Shown: piece after piece, positions 53,971-63,173 of the stretch
How the letters are laid out: the number at the start of each line of letters is the position of its first letter
Position numbering within the stretch: the first letter of the stretch is position 1
Source: an uncultured Thermoplasmata archaeon
GTDB taxonomy: Archaea > Thermoplasmatota > Thermoplasmata > RBG-16-68-12
Assembly (NCBI GenBank): GCA_963768855.1
Contig: CAVYJM010000011.1
Span: 64,001-128,000 of the forward strand
Length of the DNA stretch: 64,000 bases
Direction: 5' to 3'
Position numbers and translations under genes: made by a program
The notes under the pieces: generated by a model
The model's database searches: none
Told to the model about the DNA's origin: nothing
The model's input: only the letters and a program-made list of their open reading frames with translations

Positions 53971-55577
53971 CGCCGCCGACCACTCAGACTCCGTTTGCCT
54001 CCCTCGCCCACCTGGTGCGGAGCCTCGAAGGCACCTCGAAACGCCTCGAGAAGCGCAGCCTGCTCGCGGACTTCCTCCGTTCTCTCCGGTCCGACGAGGT
54101 CGCCCCGGCGGTCCACCTCGTCGTGGGGCGCATCTTCGCGGAGTCGGACGACCGCGCCTTGAACGTCGGGTGGGCGACGCTGCGCCGCGCCCTGGAGGGC
54201 CAGAGGCAGACGTCGCTTGTGGCCGAGCCCCTCACCATCCTGGAGGTCTCCCGCGGCTTCGCCGAAATCGCCGCCGCGCACGGCCCGGACTCCGTACGGG
54301 AACGCCGCCGTCGGTTCGAGTCCCTCCTGGGAAGGGCGGCCCCGGGGGATCGCGACATCCTGCTGCGCATCGTCTTCGGCGAGATGCGGATCGGGGTCAA
54401 CGAGGGCGTCATGCTCGAGGGGATTGCGGACGCCGCCGGCGTCGATCTCGATTCGGCCCGGAGCGCCCACATGTTCTTGGGGGACCTCGGTCGCGTGGCG
54501 GAGATCGCGCTCCATGACGGTGTTCGCGGACTGCGGTCCGCGGGCCTTCGTCTCCTGTCCCCGATGAAGCCGATGCTCGCGGAGATGGCGGAGGACCTCG
54601 ATGCGGTCCTAGCGGAGCACGGTGGCGAGACCGCGATCGAGTTCAAGCTCGACGGCGCGCGCATCCAGATCCACCGGGTCGAGGACCGGGTCCGGATCTT
54701 CAGCCGCCGCCTCACGGACGTCACGGCGAGCCTCCCGGAGATCGTCGCCTTCGCGCGCTCGTTGCCCGCGACCCGGTTCCTGCTCGAGGGCGAGGTCGTG
54801 GCGGTCGATCGCGCCGGGAAGCCGCTCCCCTTTCAGGACCTGATGCGGCGATTCCGGCGCGTCCACGACATCGCGAAGACCTCGCAGGAGGTGCCGCTCC
54901 GGCTCTACGTCTTCGACGTCCTGAGCCTGGAGGGTCAGGATCTGATCGACACCGCATACCGCGACCGGTGGGCCCGCCTCGAGGCCCTCGTCCCCGCCGA
55001 GGTCCGCACGCCGCGCAAGGTCGTGCACACGCGCGAGGAGATTGAGGCCTTCCTGAGGGAATCCCTCGATGCGGGGCACGAGGGGCTGATGGCGAAGTCC
55101 CTGGCCTCGACGTACTCCGTGGGGAAGCGAGGCAAGAAGTGGTTCAAGATCAAGCCGGCGGACCATCTCGATCTCGCGGTCGTTGCGGCGGAGTGGGGTT
55201 CGGGCCGGCGGCACGGATGGCTGTCGAACTACTGGCTCGCGGTGCGTGAGGAGGCCACCGGGAACTTCCAGATGATCGGGAAGACGTTCAAGGGCCTCAC
55301 GGACCGTGAGTTCGAGCTCATGACGGAGCGGATGAAGGCCCTCGCCGTCTCCGAGGAGCGGTGGGGTTTCCACGTCCGTCCCGACGTCGTCGTCGAGGTT
55401 GCGTACAACGAGATCCAGAGGAGCCCGCACTACTCGAGCGGCTTCGCCCTGAGGTTCGCGCGGATCGTGCGCATCCGGGAGGACAAGGGCCCGGAGGACG
55501 TCGACACGTACTCGCGGCTCCAAGAGCTGTACGCCAAGCAGTTCGAGCGCAAGGGTCGCGGCCCGGCCGATTTGTGA
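53967..55577 (+). CDS. lig: ATP-dependent DNA ligase (archaeal type)
   Basis: EFKLDGAR (KxDG), LEGEVV, FDVL, EGLMAK, WFKIK, FALRFARI..IREDK; TTGA overlap with the EamA gene. Confidence 0.95.
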   Translation: MTPPTTQTPFASLAHLVRSLEGTSKRLEKRSLLADFLRSLRSDEVAPAVHLVVGRIFAESDDRALNVGWATLRRALEGQRQTSLVAEPLTILEVSRGFAEIAAAHGPDSVRERRRRFESLLGRAAPGDRDILLRIVFGEMRIGVNEGVMLEGIADAAGVDLDSARSAHMFLGDLGRVAEIALHDGVRGLRSAGLRLLSPMKPMLAEMAEDLDAVLAEHGGETAIEFKLDGARIQIHRVEDRVRIFSRRLTDVTASLPEIVAFARSLPATRFLLEGEVVAVDRAGKPLPFQDLMRRFRRVHDIAKTSQEVPLRLYVFDVLSLEGQDLIDTAYRDRWARLEALVPAEVRTPRKVVHTREEIEAFLRESLDAGHEGLMAKSLASTYSVGKRGKKWFKIKPADHLDLAVVAAEWGSGRRHGWLSNYWLAVREEATGNFQMIGKTFKGLTDREFELMTERMKALAVSEERWGFHVRPDVVVEVAYNEIQRSPHYSSGFALRFARIVRIREDKGPEDVDTYSRLQELYAKQFERKGRGPADL

Positions 55578-55620
55578 ACCGTGGACGGCCGCACCGAGGC
55601 ACACGCCGCTCCGTCGGCAT

Positions 55621-55636
55621 ACCTCTACTTAGAGGT
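55621..55636. terminator. Short inverted repeat between convergent lig and EamA genes
   Basis: ACCTCTA-CT-TAGAGGT. Confidence 0.3.
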
Positions 55637-55676
55637 GCGCGGTCGCCCGCACCGGCTCGAAGACGGTCGGTCTCGT

Positions 55677-56600
55677 TCATTCCACGTCGCGCGACGCCAG
55701 GATGGCCCGGGACTGGCTGCCCTGGCCGTACACGGTGAGGTAGATCCCCAGGAGCGCAAGGAGGGCCCCGGCGGCAACGCCGATGCTGGGCACCTGGCTC
55801 AGGATGGCCCAGGCCAGGAGGCTCGAACCGATAGGCTCTCCGACGAGGCTGAGACTGACCACGGGCGCCGTGACCCACCGGAGGGACCAGTTGTAGAGGG
55901 TGTGCCCGCCGATCTGCGGGATGACCGCGAGCGCGAGGAACAGGAGCAGCTCCGTATTCACGTTGCCCACGGGTGTGAGGCTCTCCCCGAGGGCGACCGC
56001 ATACAGGAACAGGACGGCGGTCGAGCAGGCGTACACGACCAGGGCGTAGTCGAGGAGGGCGATCCGTTGCCGCAGCTTCCGGCCGGCCAGGAAGTACAGG
56101 CCCGCCATGATGCCTCCGACGAACGCGAGGAGGTCGGCGTACAGGAGGCTCCCGCCGGGTCCGTAGTCCGCGAAGGCGATGACCACGACCCCGCTGAATC
56201 CAACGACGATCCCCACCGCCATCCACCGGTTGAGGCGCTCCTTGAGGACGAAGTGGGAGAGCAGGCCCACCATCAACGGATGGGAGGTCACGAGGACGAC
56301 GGAGGAGGCGATGCTCTCCTGCGGCACCTTCAGGGATGAGATCCAAAGGGTGAAGTGCGTCGCGAGGATTGCGCCGATGCCCGCCATGATCAGGAGGTCG
56401 CGGCGGGGCAGCCCCTTCAGCGGCCGCGTCCCTGCCAGGAGGTACCGCACGAGGAGGACGCCCGCTAGGATGAGCGTCGCGAACCCGAGACGGTAGAGCG
56501 CGATCGTGATCGCGGGGGACGTGGACCACGTGATGAAGATGGAGGCCCATGAGACGGAAACCACGGCCAGGGCGATGCCGGCGTAGGGGCCGCGGTCCAC
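55677..56600 (-). CDS. DMT/EamA family transporter
   Basis: About 10 TM segments; QIGGHTLYNWSL and EPIGSSLLA motifs. Confidence 0.9.
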   Translation of the reverse strand: MDRGPYAGIALAVVSVSWASIFITWSTSPAITIALYRLGFATLILAGVLLVRYLLAGTRPLKGLPRRDLLIMAGIGAILATHFTLWISSLKVPQESIASSVVLVTSHPLMVGLLSHFVLKERLNRWMAVGIVVGFSGVVVIAFADYGPGGSLLYADLLAFVGGIMAGLYFLAGRKLRQRIALLDYALVVYACSTAVLFLYAVALGESLTPVGNVNTELLLFLALAVIPQIGGHTLYNWSLRWVTAPVVSLSLVGEPIGSSLLAWAILSQVPSIGVAAGALLALLGIYLTVYGQGSQSRAILASRDVE

Positions 56601-56719
56601 GGACGCGGCACGGGTCCGGGGCTATGTAACGCCTCCGGCGCAGGGGAAGAACACGTTTTTATGGCCTCCACCGGATGCAGGCAGGACTCGGCCGGCGGCC
56701 GAGGCTCGGAGGGTGTCGA

Positions 56720-57355
56720 ATGAAAAGCAAAGTCGGCGTCGTCATCGGAGTGATTGCAGTCGTGCTCGCGATCGTCGCGGTCATCGGCCCCTGGTGGACC
56801 CTACAAGCGCAGGCGACCCTCGGTCCGATTTCAATGAACGGGAACGACCAGTTCGGCCTGTTCGGAGGCTCTGCGTTCTTCCAGATGGGCTCGACGTCCA
56901 ACTCGAACACGACGAACTACAACGACATGCCCCACATCGGATCCGTGTTTACGGTCGCGACGATTCTCTTGGTGCTCGGGCTCATCCTCGGGATTGGGAT
57001 GATCGTCGTAGGTGCAATGTCCGCGTCCCGGCCGTCGTTCCAAAGGCTCGGAGGGGGCCTTGGCATCCTCGCGTTCCTCTTCGTCCTGTTCGGGGCTCTG
57101 TACGTCATGTCCTCCCTGCCCGACGCGGTGAACCAAGACAGCGGGGCTGCCACCTCCGGCACCACCGTGTCCGGGTTCTGGGGAACGAAGACGAGCGCCA
57201 TCGGCTCCTTCGCCCAAGCCACCGTCACCTGGAACGCGGGCTGGGGCTGGTACGTCGCCGTGGTCGCGGCGATCGTCCTCCTCGCTGCCGGCGTGGCGCT
57301 CTTCGCGGCGAAGAGGCCCGCGATGGCCACGCCCCTGCAGGCCCCGTCCCCGTAG
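56720..57355 (+). CDS. Four-TM claudin-like membrane protein (stand-alone paralog of the membrane part of 16258-17349)
   Basis: TM1-GPWW...FGLF...TM2-TM3...TWNAGWGWY-TM4. Confidence 0.7.
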   Translation: MKSKVGVVIGVIAVVLAIVAVIGPWWTLQAQATLGPISMNGNDQFGLFGGSAFFQMGSTSNSNTTNYNDMPHIGSVFTVATILLVLGLILGIGMIVVGAMSASRPSFQRLGGGLGILAFLFVLFGALYVMSSLPDAVNQDSGAATSGTTVSGFWGTKTSAIGSFAQATVTWNAGWGWYVAVVAAIVLLAAGVALFAAKRPAMATPLQAPSP

Positions 57356-57558
57356 ACGGAATCCGTAGCAGACATTCGCGTTCGTCCCCAGGAACGGTCC
57401 TCGCTGCGCGGCTGGGCCCTCTCCGCCCCGTCCCTACTGCGCAGCTCGCGCCCCGTGGACGCGGCTCCGCCCGCCGAGACGCCGGCCCGCCTAGGGCACC
57501 GTGTCGTTCGGGCTTATATCGGGAGAGCGCCATGCACGCCGAGCGACGGTGAACGTCA

Positions 57559-58428
57559 ATGCCGGTGGACCAGATACGGAAGATCGCCGTGATGGGCGCG
57601 GGGACGATGGGGGCGGGCATCGCCCAGACGTGCGCGGCCGCGGGATTCCAGGTGACGATGCGGGACATCGACCAGAAGTTCGTGGACGGTGGCTTCCGCC
57701 GCATCCGAGACCCGCTGATGAAGCGCGTCGAGAAGGGCAAGATGACCCCTTCGGACGTCGAGTCCATCGTTTCGAGGATCCACGGGACCGTGGATCTGAA
57801 GGAGGCCCTGAGCGGAGCGCAGGTCGTCATCGAGGCCGTCTTCGAGAAGATGGAAGTCAAGCGTGAGATCTACGCGGAGATGGACCGGATCGCGGCGCCG
57901 GAGGTCGTCTTCGCCTCCAACACCTCCTCCCTGAGCATCACGGAGATGGCGAACGTCACGAAGCGCCCCGACCGCGTCGTCGGCATGCACTTCTTCAACC
58001 CGGCGCCGGTGATGAAGCTCGTCGAGGTCATCCGCGGGTCCGAGACCAGCGACGCGACGGTGGGCCTCGCGAAGGACCTTTGCGTCAAGCTAGGCAAAGA
58101 GGCCGTCGAGGTGAAGGAGAGTCCAGGCTTCGTCGTGAACCGCCTCCTCGTGCCGATGATGAACGAGGCGTTCAACCTGCTCCAGGAGGGCGTCGCGAGC
58201 GCGGAGGACATCGACAAGGCGATGCGGCTCGGGACGAACATGCCCATGGGCCCGTTCGAGCTCGCAGACTACACGGGCATCGACGTCGGCCTGGACGTGA
58301 TGGAGGTCCTCTTCCGGGAGACCGGTGATCCGAAGTTCCGGCCGTCGCCGCTCCTGCGAAAGTACGTGCGCGCGGGCCGACTCGGGAAGAAGTCGGGCCG
58401 CGGCGTGTACGACTACACGAAGGGATAG
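57559..58428 (+). CDS. hbd: 3-hydroxybutyryl-CoA / 3-hydroxyacyl-CoA dehydrogenase
   Basis: GAGTMGAGIA, EAVFE, SNTSSLSI, GMHFFNPAP, PGFVVNRL, PMGPF. Confidence 0.94.
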   Translation: MPVDQIRKIAVMGAGTMGAGIAQTCAAAGFQVTMRDIDQKFVDGGFRRIRDPLMKRVEKGKMTPSDVESIVSRIHGTVDLKEALSGAQVVIEAVFEKMEVKREIYAEMDRIAAPEVVFASNTSSLSITEMANVTKRPDRVVGMHFFNPAPVMKLVEVIRGSETSDATVGLAKDLCVKLGKEAVEVKESPGFVVNRLLVPMMNEAFNLLQEGVASAEDIDKAMRLGTNMPMGPFELADYTGIDVGLDVMEVLFRETGDPKFRPSPLLRKYVRAGRLGKKSGRGVYDYTKG

Positions 58429-58506
58429 CTTCCGCCGCCGTGAGCCGCAAAGCCTCCTCGGCCCGAAGCTTCATCGCGGCTCGCGCCATACCGGGCTCCG
58501 GTTCCC

Positions 58507-59286
58507 ATGCCTGATTTCATCCGCGTGGACGTCCAGGACCGCCTCGCGATCGTCACGATCAACCGGCCGGAGGTCCGGAACGCGCTCAACTCCGACGTCG
58601 TGCGGGAGCTCACCGCAGCCTTCGAGCGCCTCGCGCGCGACCCGCAGGTCGGCGCAATCATCCTGACCGGGGCCGGGGACAAGGCCTTCGTCGCGGGGGC
58701 GGACATCAAGGAGATGGTCGGCAAGAGCGGGCTCGAGATGCAGGCCTTCTCGGAGCTGGGCCGCCGCCTCGGGGACGCGATGGAGCGGTGCCCGAAACCC
58801 ATCCTCGCCGCGATCAACGGCTACGCCCTCGGCGGCGGATGCGAGATCGCGATGGCCTGCGACCTCCGCCTCGCCTCCGAGAATGCGAAGATCGGTCAGG
58901 CGGAGATTAACATCGGGATCATCCCGGGGTTCGGCGGGAGCCAGCGCCTGCCCCGGCTCGTCGGGAGCGGCTGGGCCGCCCAGATGGTCTTCACGGGCGA
59001 GGCGGTCGATGCGGCCACCGCGGAGCGAATCGGCCTCGTGAACCGGGTCGTCCCCGCAGACCGCCTCCTCGAAGAAGCGCGGTCGCTCGCACGCAAGATG
59101 CTCGAGAAAAGCCCGGTCGCTCTCTCCCTGGCGAAGGCGTGCCTCAGGGTGGCCCAGGAAATGCCGCTGCCTCAGGGGCTCTCGTACGAGGCCGCCGCAT
59201 TCGGCGTGGTCGGTGCCACGCAGGACAAGGTCGAAGGGATGACGGCCTTCCTTGAAAAGCGGAAGGCGGTCTGGAAAGGCGCCTGA
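58507..59286 (+). CDS. crt: Enoyl-CoA hydratase (crotonase)
   Basis: FVAGADI, GGGCEIAMACD, AEINIGIIPGFGGSQRL. Confidence 0.93.
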   Translation: MPDFIRVDVQDRLAIVTINRPEVRNALNSDVVRELTAAFERLARDPQVGAIILTGAGDKAFVAGADIKEMVGKSGLEMQAFSELGRRLGDAMERCPKPILAAINGYALGGGCEIAMACDLRLASENAKIGQAEINIGIIPGFGGSQRLPRLVGSGWAAQMVFTGEAVDAATAERIGLVNRVVPADRLLEEARSLARKMLEKSPVALSLAKACLRVAQEMPLPQGLSYEAAAFGVVGATQDKVEGMTAFLEKRKAVWKGA

Positions 59287-59451
59287 TCAGTACGACTCGA
59301 ACTCTTCCTGGAGGTCGATGACGACCTGCTCCAGGACCTCTTCGAAGGATGAGCTCCGGTATTCGCGCATGCCGCCCAGCTCGCTCTGGATCCGGGCGAT
59401 GAAGTTGTTCGAGCTCTTGAGGAACTCCACGTTGACGAGGGACTCTTCCAT
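59287..59451 (-). CDS. Small hypothetical protein, 54 aa (absent from the ORF track)
   Basis: MEESLVNVEFLKSSNNFIARIQSELGGMREYRSSSFEEVLEQVVIDLQEEFESY. Codon usage is typical of the window and the ORF fills the gap between crt and rps17e. Confidence 0.7.
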   Translation of the reverse strand: MEESLVNVEFLKSSNNFIARIQSELGGMREYRSSSFEEVLEQVVIDLQEEFESY

Positions 59452-59645
59452 CGGTACCGGATCTCCCGGGGCGGCGCTCTGACGCGTTCCCGCGAAAGCG
59501 TATTGGAGGTCCCTATTTAATGCTTGGCAAATGTCGTCGCGAGCTCGGGCCTTCGTCGCCGTCTCCCGTTCTCCCTCAGGAATGTTTATCTACGTCCCTC
59601 CCTTTGGCGCACGCCCACCGACCTGGATAACGGAGTGAGACGCCT

Positions 59646-59837
59646 TTGGGAAACATCCGGCCGACCTACATCAAGCGTGTCGCGATCGAGCTCGTCAAGC
59701 AGTACGCGAACGAGTTCACGGGGGACTTCGAGCACAACAAGGCGAAGGTCTCCGAGCTCTGCGACGTCAGCAGCATCTTGATGCGGAACCGGATTGCAGG
59801 CTACATCACCCGCTACCGCCAGCGTGAGACAGTCTGA
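59646..59837 (+). CDS. rps17e: 30S ribosomal protein S17e
   Basis: [13 protein letters not shown]...F..DFEHNK...[10 protein letters not shown]; TTG start. Confidence 0.96.
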   Translation: MGNIRPTYIKRVAIELVKQYANEFTGDFEHNKAKVSELCDVSSILMRNRIAGYITRYRQRETV

Positions 59838-59891
59838 GACGCGCGCCGGCCACCCGGGCCTGCGAGGCGACCCCTTCAGGAGCGGAGCGGC

Positions 59892-60908
59892 ATGAGCTAC
59901 GCGGTCGAGACACGAGACCTGACCCGAGTCTTCGCCGGGAAGCGGCATCTGCTCCGCCGGCGCAAGAAAGACCCGGCGGACGGGGAAGAACCCGAGGGCC
60001 CCGTCACCGCGCTCGATGGCGTCACGATGCAGATTAAGGAGGGCGAGCTGTTCGGCCTCCTCGGACCGAACGGCGCGGGCAAGACCACCCTCATCAAGAT
60101 CCTCTGCACCCTCCTCCTCCCCACATCGGGGCAGGCGTACGTGGCCGGATTCGACGTCGCGAAGGACGTGTTCCCGATCCGCCAGCGGATCTCCATGGTC
60201 TCCGGGGGCGAGACGACGGGATACGGCCTGCTGACGACGCGCGAGAACATCTGGATGTTTTCCCAGTTCTATGGGGTCACCTCGAAGGACGCGAACGTGC
60301 GCATCGACGAGCTCATGGACGTCTTCGGCCTGCGGGACAGGAGGGACGCGAAGGTCCGCACGCTCTCCACGGGCCAGCGGCAGAAGATGAACATGATCCG
60401 GGGCTTCGTGACCGACCCGGACATCCTCTTCCTAGACGAGCCGACCCTTGGACTCGACGTGAACGCAGCCCGTATCATTCGGGACTACGTGTCGAAGTGG
60501 GTGCAGGAGCAGAAGGGCAAGACCGTCTTGCTGACGACGCATTACATGGCCGAGGCGGACGAGATGTGTGACCGCATCGCGATCATCGACAACGGCCGTA
60601 TCCTCGCCTGCGACACGCCTGAGAACCTCAAGAAGATGGTCCGCCTCGATACGACCTTCCGTCTCGAGATCGACCCGATCCGCGACACGGCCGGTTTCGG
60701 GAAGATTCCGGGCGTGAAGAACTACTCCGTGAAGGACGATGCCTCGAAGAACACGTCGTACCTCACGTTCATCCTGGATGGTGAGGGACCCGTCGCCGAT
60801 ATCCTGAGCCACATCATGGCCCAGGGCTCCCGCGTCCGTTCTCTCCAGAAGTCGGACCCTACGCTCGAGGACGTGTTCGTGAGCATGGTCGGGAAGGGGT
60901 TCGAATGA
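59892..60908 (+). CDS. ABC-2 type exporter ATP-binding protein
   Basis: GPNGAGKTT, LSTGQRQK, LFLDEPT, TTHYM. Confidence 0.94.
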   Translation: MSYAVETRDLTRVFAGKRHLLRRRKKDPADGEEPEGPVTALDGVTMQIKEGELFGLLGPNGAGKTTLIKILCTLLLPTSGQAYVAGFDVAKDVFPIRQRISMVSGGETTGYGLLTTRENIWMFSQFYGVTSKDANVRIDELMDVFGLRDRRDAKVRTLSTGQRQKMNMIRGFVTDPDILFLDEPTLGLDVNAARIIRDYVSKWVQEQKGKTVLLTTHYMAEADEMCDRIAIIDNGRILACDTPENLKKMVRLDTTFRLEIDPIRDTAGFGKIPGVKNYSVKDDASKNTSYLTFILDGEGPVADILSHIMAQGSRVRSLQKSDPTLEDVFVSMVGKGFE

Positions 60909-61867
60909 GCGGCGAGGCTGTCCAGAAGCCCGCGACCGAGCGCCGCTCCGACCTTCGGTTCAAGTTTGGGCTGAACCTGCGGTCCGTCCTCGGGCGGGCG
61001 TATCCTCGCGTGATCGGCGCGAACCGCGAGCCATCCTGGGTCTTCTTCGAGGTCTTCCTCCCCCTGCTCGGCATCGCGGCGTATGTGTTCATCTACCAGT
61101 CCTTCTACGGCGCCCAGGTCGCCGCCATCCGGGCGGGGCAGTGCGGGACCGTCTCCTGCGACGTCGCCCTTGCGAACGCCGCCAAGAACCTCAACGCGCT
61201 CGTGGCGACCGTGGTCCTCGGCGGGACGATGGTCGCGTTCTGGCTCAACGTGCTCTGGTCGATGGCGAGCCAGCTGTACTGGGAGAAGGAGATCGGGAAC
61301 CTCCAGATCTACATGATGGCGCCGATGAGCCGCATGGCCCTCCTTGGCGGCATGGCGATCGGCGGGATGTTCATGACGTCGGTCCGCGCGCTCTCGACCC
61401 TTGTCGCGGGGATCGTCGTGTTCGGCGTGATTTTCCAGATCGCCGACCCGTTCATGCTGCTCGCGGTCTTCTTCGTGACCCTGATTGGGCTCTATGGGAT
61501 GGGTATGATGTTTGCGTCCCTCTATCTCCTCTGGGGTCGGGAGGCGTGGAATATGTCCGCGCTCCTGGAGGAACCGATCTTCTTCTCGAGCGGGATGTAC
61601 TTCCCCGCGGGCGGTTTCCTCATGGTGCAGCCATGGGGGCCTGCGGTGGCCGTTGCAGGGAGCATCGTGCCGGCGATGCTGGGCCTGGACGCTCTAAGGC
61701 AACTCACTGTGCCTAACAGCGGACTACCGATCATCCTCACGCCGGTCTCGGAGCTCGAACTCTTGCTCGTGCTCGCCGTCGTGTTCCTGATTCTCGCGAG
61801 GTACGCCCTCGCGCACCTAGAGACGCTCGCGAAGCGAGAGGGGAAGCTGACGTCACGGCATCAGTGA
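60905..61867 (+). CDS. ABC-2 type exporter permease 1
   Basis: About six TM segments, EKEIGNLQIY, SGMYFP; ATGA overlap. Confidence 0.88.
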   Translation: MSGEAVQKPATERRSDLRFKFGLNLRSVLGRAYPRVIGANREPSWVFFEVFLPLLGIAAYVFIYQSFYGAQVAAIRAGQCGTVSCDVALANAAKNLNALVATVVLGGTMVAFWLNVLWSMASQLYWEKEIGNLQIYMMAPMSRMALLGGMAIGGMFMTSVRALSTLVAGIVVFGVIFQIADPFMLLAVFFVTLIGLYGMGMMFASLYLLWGREAWNMSALLEEPIFFSSGMYFPAGGFLMVQPWGPAVAVAGSIVPAMLGLDALRQLTVPNSGLPIILTPVSELELLLVLAVVFLILARYALAHLETLAKREGKLTSRHQ

Positions 61868-62736
61868 ACACGTACTGGAGGACCTTCAAGGTCGCCGCAT
61901 GGCTCGGCTGGGAGATGGATTCCAATTGGACCGAGCCGTGGCTCTTCATCATCTACTCGATCATTAAGCCGATCGCAGCGACGTTCATCCTCATCCTCAT
62001 GTACGTCGTGTTCGCGGCGATTGGCCGGTTCAACGCGGGTCCTCTTTTCGACTTCATGTATGTCGGGAACGCGTTCTTCATCTTCGTGGGCGCGACCCTC
62101 TTCGGCACGTTCCAGGTGATCCAGTCGGACCGCGAGTGGTACCAGACCATCCGGTACATCTACATCTCTCCGATCTCGTTCTACCTGTATGTGATGGGAC
62201 GGGCCACCTCGAAGATCTTGGTCTCCACCTTCGCGGTCGTCATCACGCTCGCCTTCGGCGCGTTCGTCCTCAACCCGCCGGTTCAGATTTCTCTCCCGTT
62301 GTCCTCGATTCCGGTGTTCGTCGCGGGCCTTCTCCTCGGCCTCTTCTGCCTCCTCGCGATCGGCATAACGCTTGGAGGCGTGACGTTCCTCATGGCCCGG
62401 CACACCCAGACGCTGTCGGAGGCCGTCCCCGGGATCTTCTACGTCTTCTGCGGGGTCCTCTTTCCTTTGACCGTCCTACCCAGCTGGCTGCAGGGCGTCG
62501 GGAAGGCGATCCCGCTCACGTACTGGTTCGACCTCTCCCGTCGCCTCCTGCTCTCGCCTTCCGACCAGGCGGCCCTGACCCCGCTGACGGGCCTCGGCGG
62601 CTTCTCGGACCTCACAATCTTGGCGTTCCTCGCCCTCTCCAGCATCGTGTTCTTCGCTCTGAGCCTGGGCGTATTCAAGCTGGGAGAATACCTGGCCCGC
62701 AAGGCGGGCAAGATCGACATGACGACGTCCTACTGA
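61864..62736 (+). CDS. ABC-2 type exporter permease 2
   Basis: About six TM segments, GVLFPLTVLP, IPLTYW; GTGA overlap. Confidence 0.88.
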   Translation: MNTYWRTFKVAAWLGWEMDSNWTEPWLFIIYSIIKPIAATFILILMYVVFAAIGRFNAGPLFDFMYVGNAFFIFVGATLFGTFQVIQSDREWYQTIRYIYISPISFYLYVMGRATSKILVSTFAVVITLAFGAFVLNPPVQISLPLSSIPVFVAGLLLGLFCLLAIGITLGGVTFLMARHTQTLSEAVPGIFYVFCGVLFPLTVLPSWLQGVGKAIPLTYWFDLSRRLLLSPSDQAALTPLTGLGGFSDLTILAFLALSSIVFFALSLGVFKLGEYLARKAGKIDMTTSY

Positions 62737-63080
62737 GGCGCCTTGCGCGCAGCCCGCGCGGCCTTCTGTTCCGCGCGATAGGGAAATCGTTGGATCGCGC
62801 CGCAGGCCGTGCACGCAACGACGACGTGGCCGCGGCCGACCCGAACCCGGGCGTTCACCCCAGGGACGAGGTAGGTGAGGCACGCTTTGCAGAACCGCCG
62901 CTTGAACTCCGCGGGGATCCGCACGTTGTAGCGCATCCCGATCCGCCGCGCCAGGTCGACGTACCGTCGCGCGCGGGCCCACCGTGCGTGGAGCGCCTCC
63001 TGCTCGGCCTCGTGGAAGAGGATCTCCATGCGCTCGAGGGCGATCCGCCGTTCCATCCCTCGGTGGCGCCGCTTCGGCAC
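62730..63080 (-). CDS. rnp4: Ribonuclease P protein component 4 (Rpp21)
   Basis: IALERMEILF...ARRYV..ARRI, CKAC...CTAC zinc site; GTG start 24 nt after a TTTTAT box. Confidence 0.92.
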   Translation of the reverse strand: MPKRRHRGMERRIALERMEILFHEAEQEALHARWARARRYVDLARRIGMRYNVRIPAEFKRRFCKACLTYLVPGVNARVRVGRGHVVVACTACGAIQRFPYRAEQKAARAARKAPQ

Positions 63081-63173
63081 GGGAGGGCGACGGGGTCGAC
63101 GCCATAAAACCCTTCGCGGACGGCGCGCGACCAACCTTTAACTACGGACCCGGGCTTTCCTCGCGCGATCGGC

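Noticed and set aside
59892-62736. ABC exporter as part of a bacteriocin or natural-product cluster
   Set aside because: No precursor peptide or modification enzymes nearby; it is flanked by housekeeping genes rps17e and rnp4.
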